Assembly (NCBI GenBank): GCA_036785375.1
Contig: JAWMAR010000054.1
Location: 3,658,001-3,722,000 of the forward strand
Source of the DNA: Leucoraja ocellata
Lineage: Eukaryota
Reading direction: 5' to 3'
DNA: 64,000 bases
Numbering within the stretch: position 1 is the stretch's first letter; the number at the start of each line of letters is the position of its first letter. Position numbers and translations under genes: made by a program. Under the pieces are notes generated by a model. It had not been told where the DNA came from. It did no database searches and worked only from the letters and a program-made list of their open reading frames with translations. Below, one piece after another: positions 62,326 to 64,000 of this stretch.

Positions 62326-62496
62326 AAAAGTTCGAGGTGGGAATAAATGCTGGTCTTGAGATCTTGGATAATTTAACAAAAAATGTTGCTGAGGGTGGTA
62401 TGATTGATGTATAGATGGCCGTTCACAGAGCTGACAGACACACGATAGAACAAGCAGCCTTTGTCAGTGCAACATTATTAAAAGTTTTTCCATTGT

Positions 62497-63798
62497 TCTT
62501 GTCAAAAGTTTTAGAAAGAGTTCTGCTGGATAGAATAAATGAGTTTGTTAACTCCACAGATAACCAGTTTGGCTTTAAAGCTAAACATGGCACTGACTTA
62601 TGCATATACAGTGTGCCCTAAAGGAGATTGTAAACAAATATAGAGGCAAAAACTCTTCAATCCTTATGTGCTTTATTGATGCTTCCAAAGCCTTTGACTG
62701 TGTTAATCACAGAAAGCTGTTTGGTAAAATGAGTCAAAGAGGGGTGCCTAAATACATTGTTAGAATTCTGGCCTACTGGTATGCCCACCAGACTATGCAA
62801 ATAAAATGGGGCAATAGGGTCTCAGCCACATTTGGGGTTAGCAATGGTGTTAGACAAGGGGGGATTTTGTCCCCAGTCCTTTTTAATCTGTATATTGATG
62901 ATCTGTCTAAACAATTGAAGGCCTGTAACACTGGGTGCGTGATTGGTAATATTTTAGTGAACCATATTATGTACGCAGATGATCTTGTGGTCTTTAGTCC
63001 ATCTAGCACTGGTCTCCAGCAGCTCCTTACTATATGTTCTGTGTATGGTGTGGAACATGAGATTAAATATAATGCTGGTAAGAGTGCTGTTATGATCTGT
63101 AGAACCAAAGAGGATAAATGTCTAACATTTCCTGATTTTAAATTGTCTGACAATAATCTTAGTGTCTGTAATAAGGTAAAATATCTAGGGCATATTATTA
63201 CAGAACAAATGACAGATGATGAGGATATTTATAGGCAACGACGCATGCTGTATGTACAGGCGAATATTCTATTGCGTAAATTTGGTGCGTGTGCAGGTGT
63301 GGTGAAGATGTCGCTATTTAGAGCATACTGCACACCACTCTACACTGCGCACCTGTGGTCGAACTATGGAAAGACAAGTATGCAGAGACTAAAGGTGGCA
63401 TATAACGATGCCATGAGAACACTGCTAAGGAAACCTAGATGGTGTAGTGCCAGTAATATGTTTGTGGCTGCAGGAGTCAGTACTTTAGAAGCTATCCTAA
63501 GACATCACATGTATTCATTGTAGGATAAATGACTCTAAAAATGTGATTATTGTGGCCTTGTCAAACATAAGGGTTAGCACTACACGCTACAAATCCCAGC
63601 TGTGGAGACACTGTTATTGTTGTCTCGTTGTAGGACATTGATCATTCTTTTAATCTGGATTTTTAACTTATGTATTGTGGTTTTTTTTGATATAATTCAT
63701 CTGTACTTTATGATATTTAATATGCAATGCATTTTTAATGTAATGTTGCCCCTTGTCTGCACCTCGAGTCCGTAATAACATTTATTTATTATTATTAT
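62497..63798 (+). mobile_element. 5'-truncated LINE RT, Proto2-like (distinct from the CR1 and Rex1 copies)
   Basis: LSKVLE..DNQFGFK..GTDLCIY, then ORF 62600..63523 with FIDASKAFD, GVRQGGILSP.LFNLYIDDL, YADD, QANILLRKF, AYNDAMR.LL..PRWCSAS; (TTA)n tail. The clade assignment is from memory. Confidence 0.75.
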
Positions 63799-64000
63799 CA
63801 AAATTAGGCGCGTAAATATTTATGATAGTTAATGGTGTATTGTAAATTTCTCCCGTGACTATAACATATCTTCCCTCTTTATCAGATATGGATTTCTTTA
63901 ATTTAAAAGCTATGCCTTTCCGAATTATAATGGCCGTGCCTATTTATTATTATTATTAACAGCAGTGTGTCTCTTGCGACACGGACAATCAGTTTGTATG

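Overview
Vertebrate genomic DNA, almost certainly a cartilaginous fish (skate/ray-like, inferred from its repeat set: HER1/CR1 LINEs, HE1-like V-SINEs, Rex1/Babar, Penelope). The only host gene I can support is the 3' part of FHDC1 (INF1 formin) on the + strand. It has eight coding exons from 8431 to the stop at 27756. All introns are GT-AG and phase-consistent, and the exons join into about 1038 codons (C-terminal FH2 domain plus a long low-complexity tail). The 5' exons lie outside the window, or I could not identify them. A repeat-free stretch of about 2 kb after the stop is the likely 3' UTR. The introns and the 34 kb downstream are a nested mosaic of CR1, Rex1, Penelope, SINEs, Harbinger-like palindromic MITEs, one hAT MITE, non-autonomous Helitrons, a Gypsy remnant and a Proto2-like LINE. 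There is one 455-nt assembly gap. Main observations: (1) a tandem array of D-V-[SG]-V-Q-T-P-S motifs in the last FHDC1 exon that looks like a multivalent LC8/DYNLL-binding platform; (2) minimal hammerhead-ribozyme cores in the Penelope terminal repeats; (3) an inverted repeat pair flanking two exons (back-splicing candidate); (4) three MITE families that share one TIR and often have non-identical TWA flanks; (5) a 39-bp locally templated inversion inside a CR1 copy; (6) convergent CTCF motifs around the terminal exon. Repeat boundaries were read by eye and are approximate unless a TSD or terminus is quoted.
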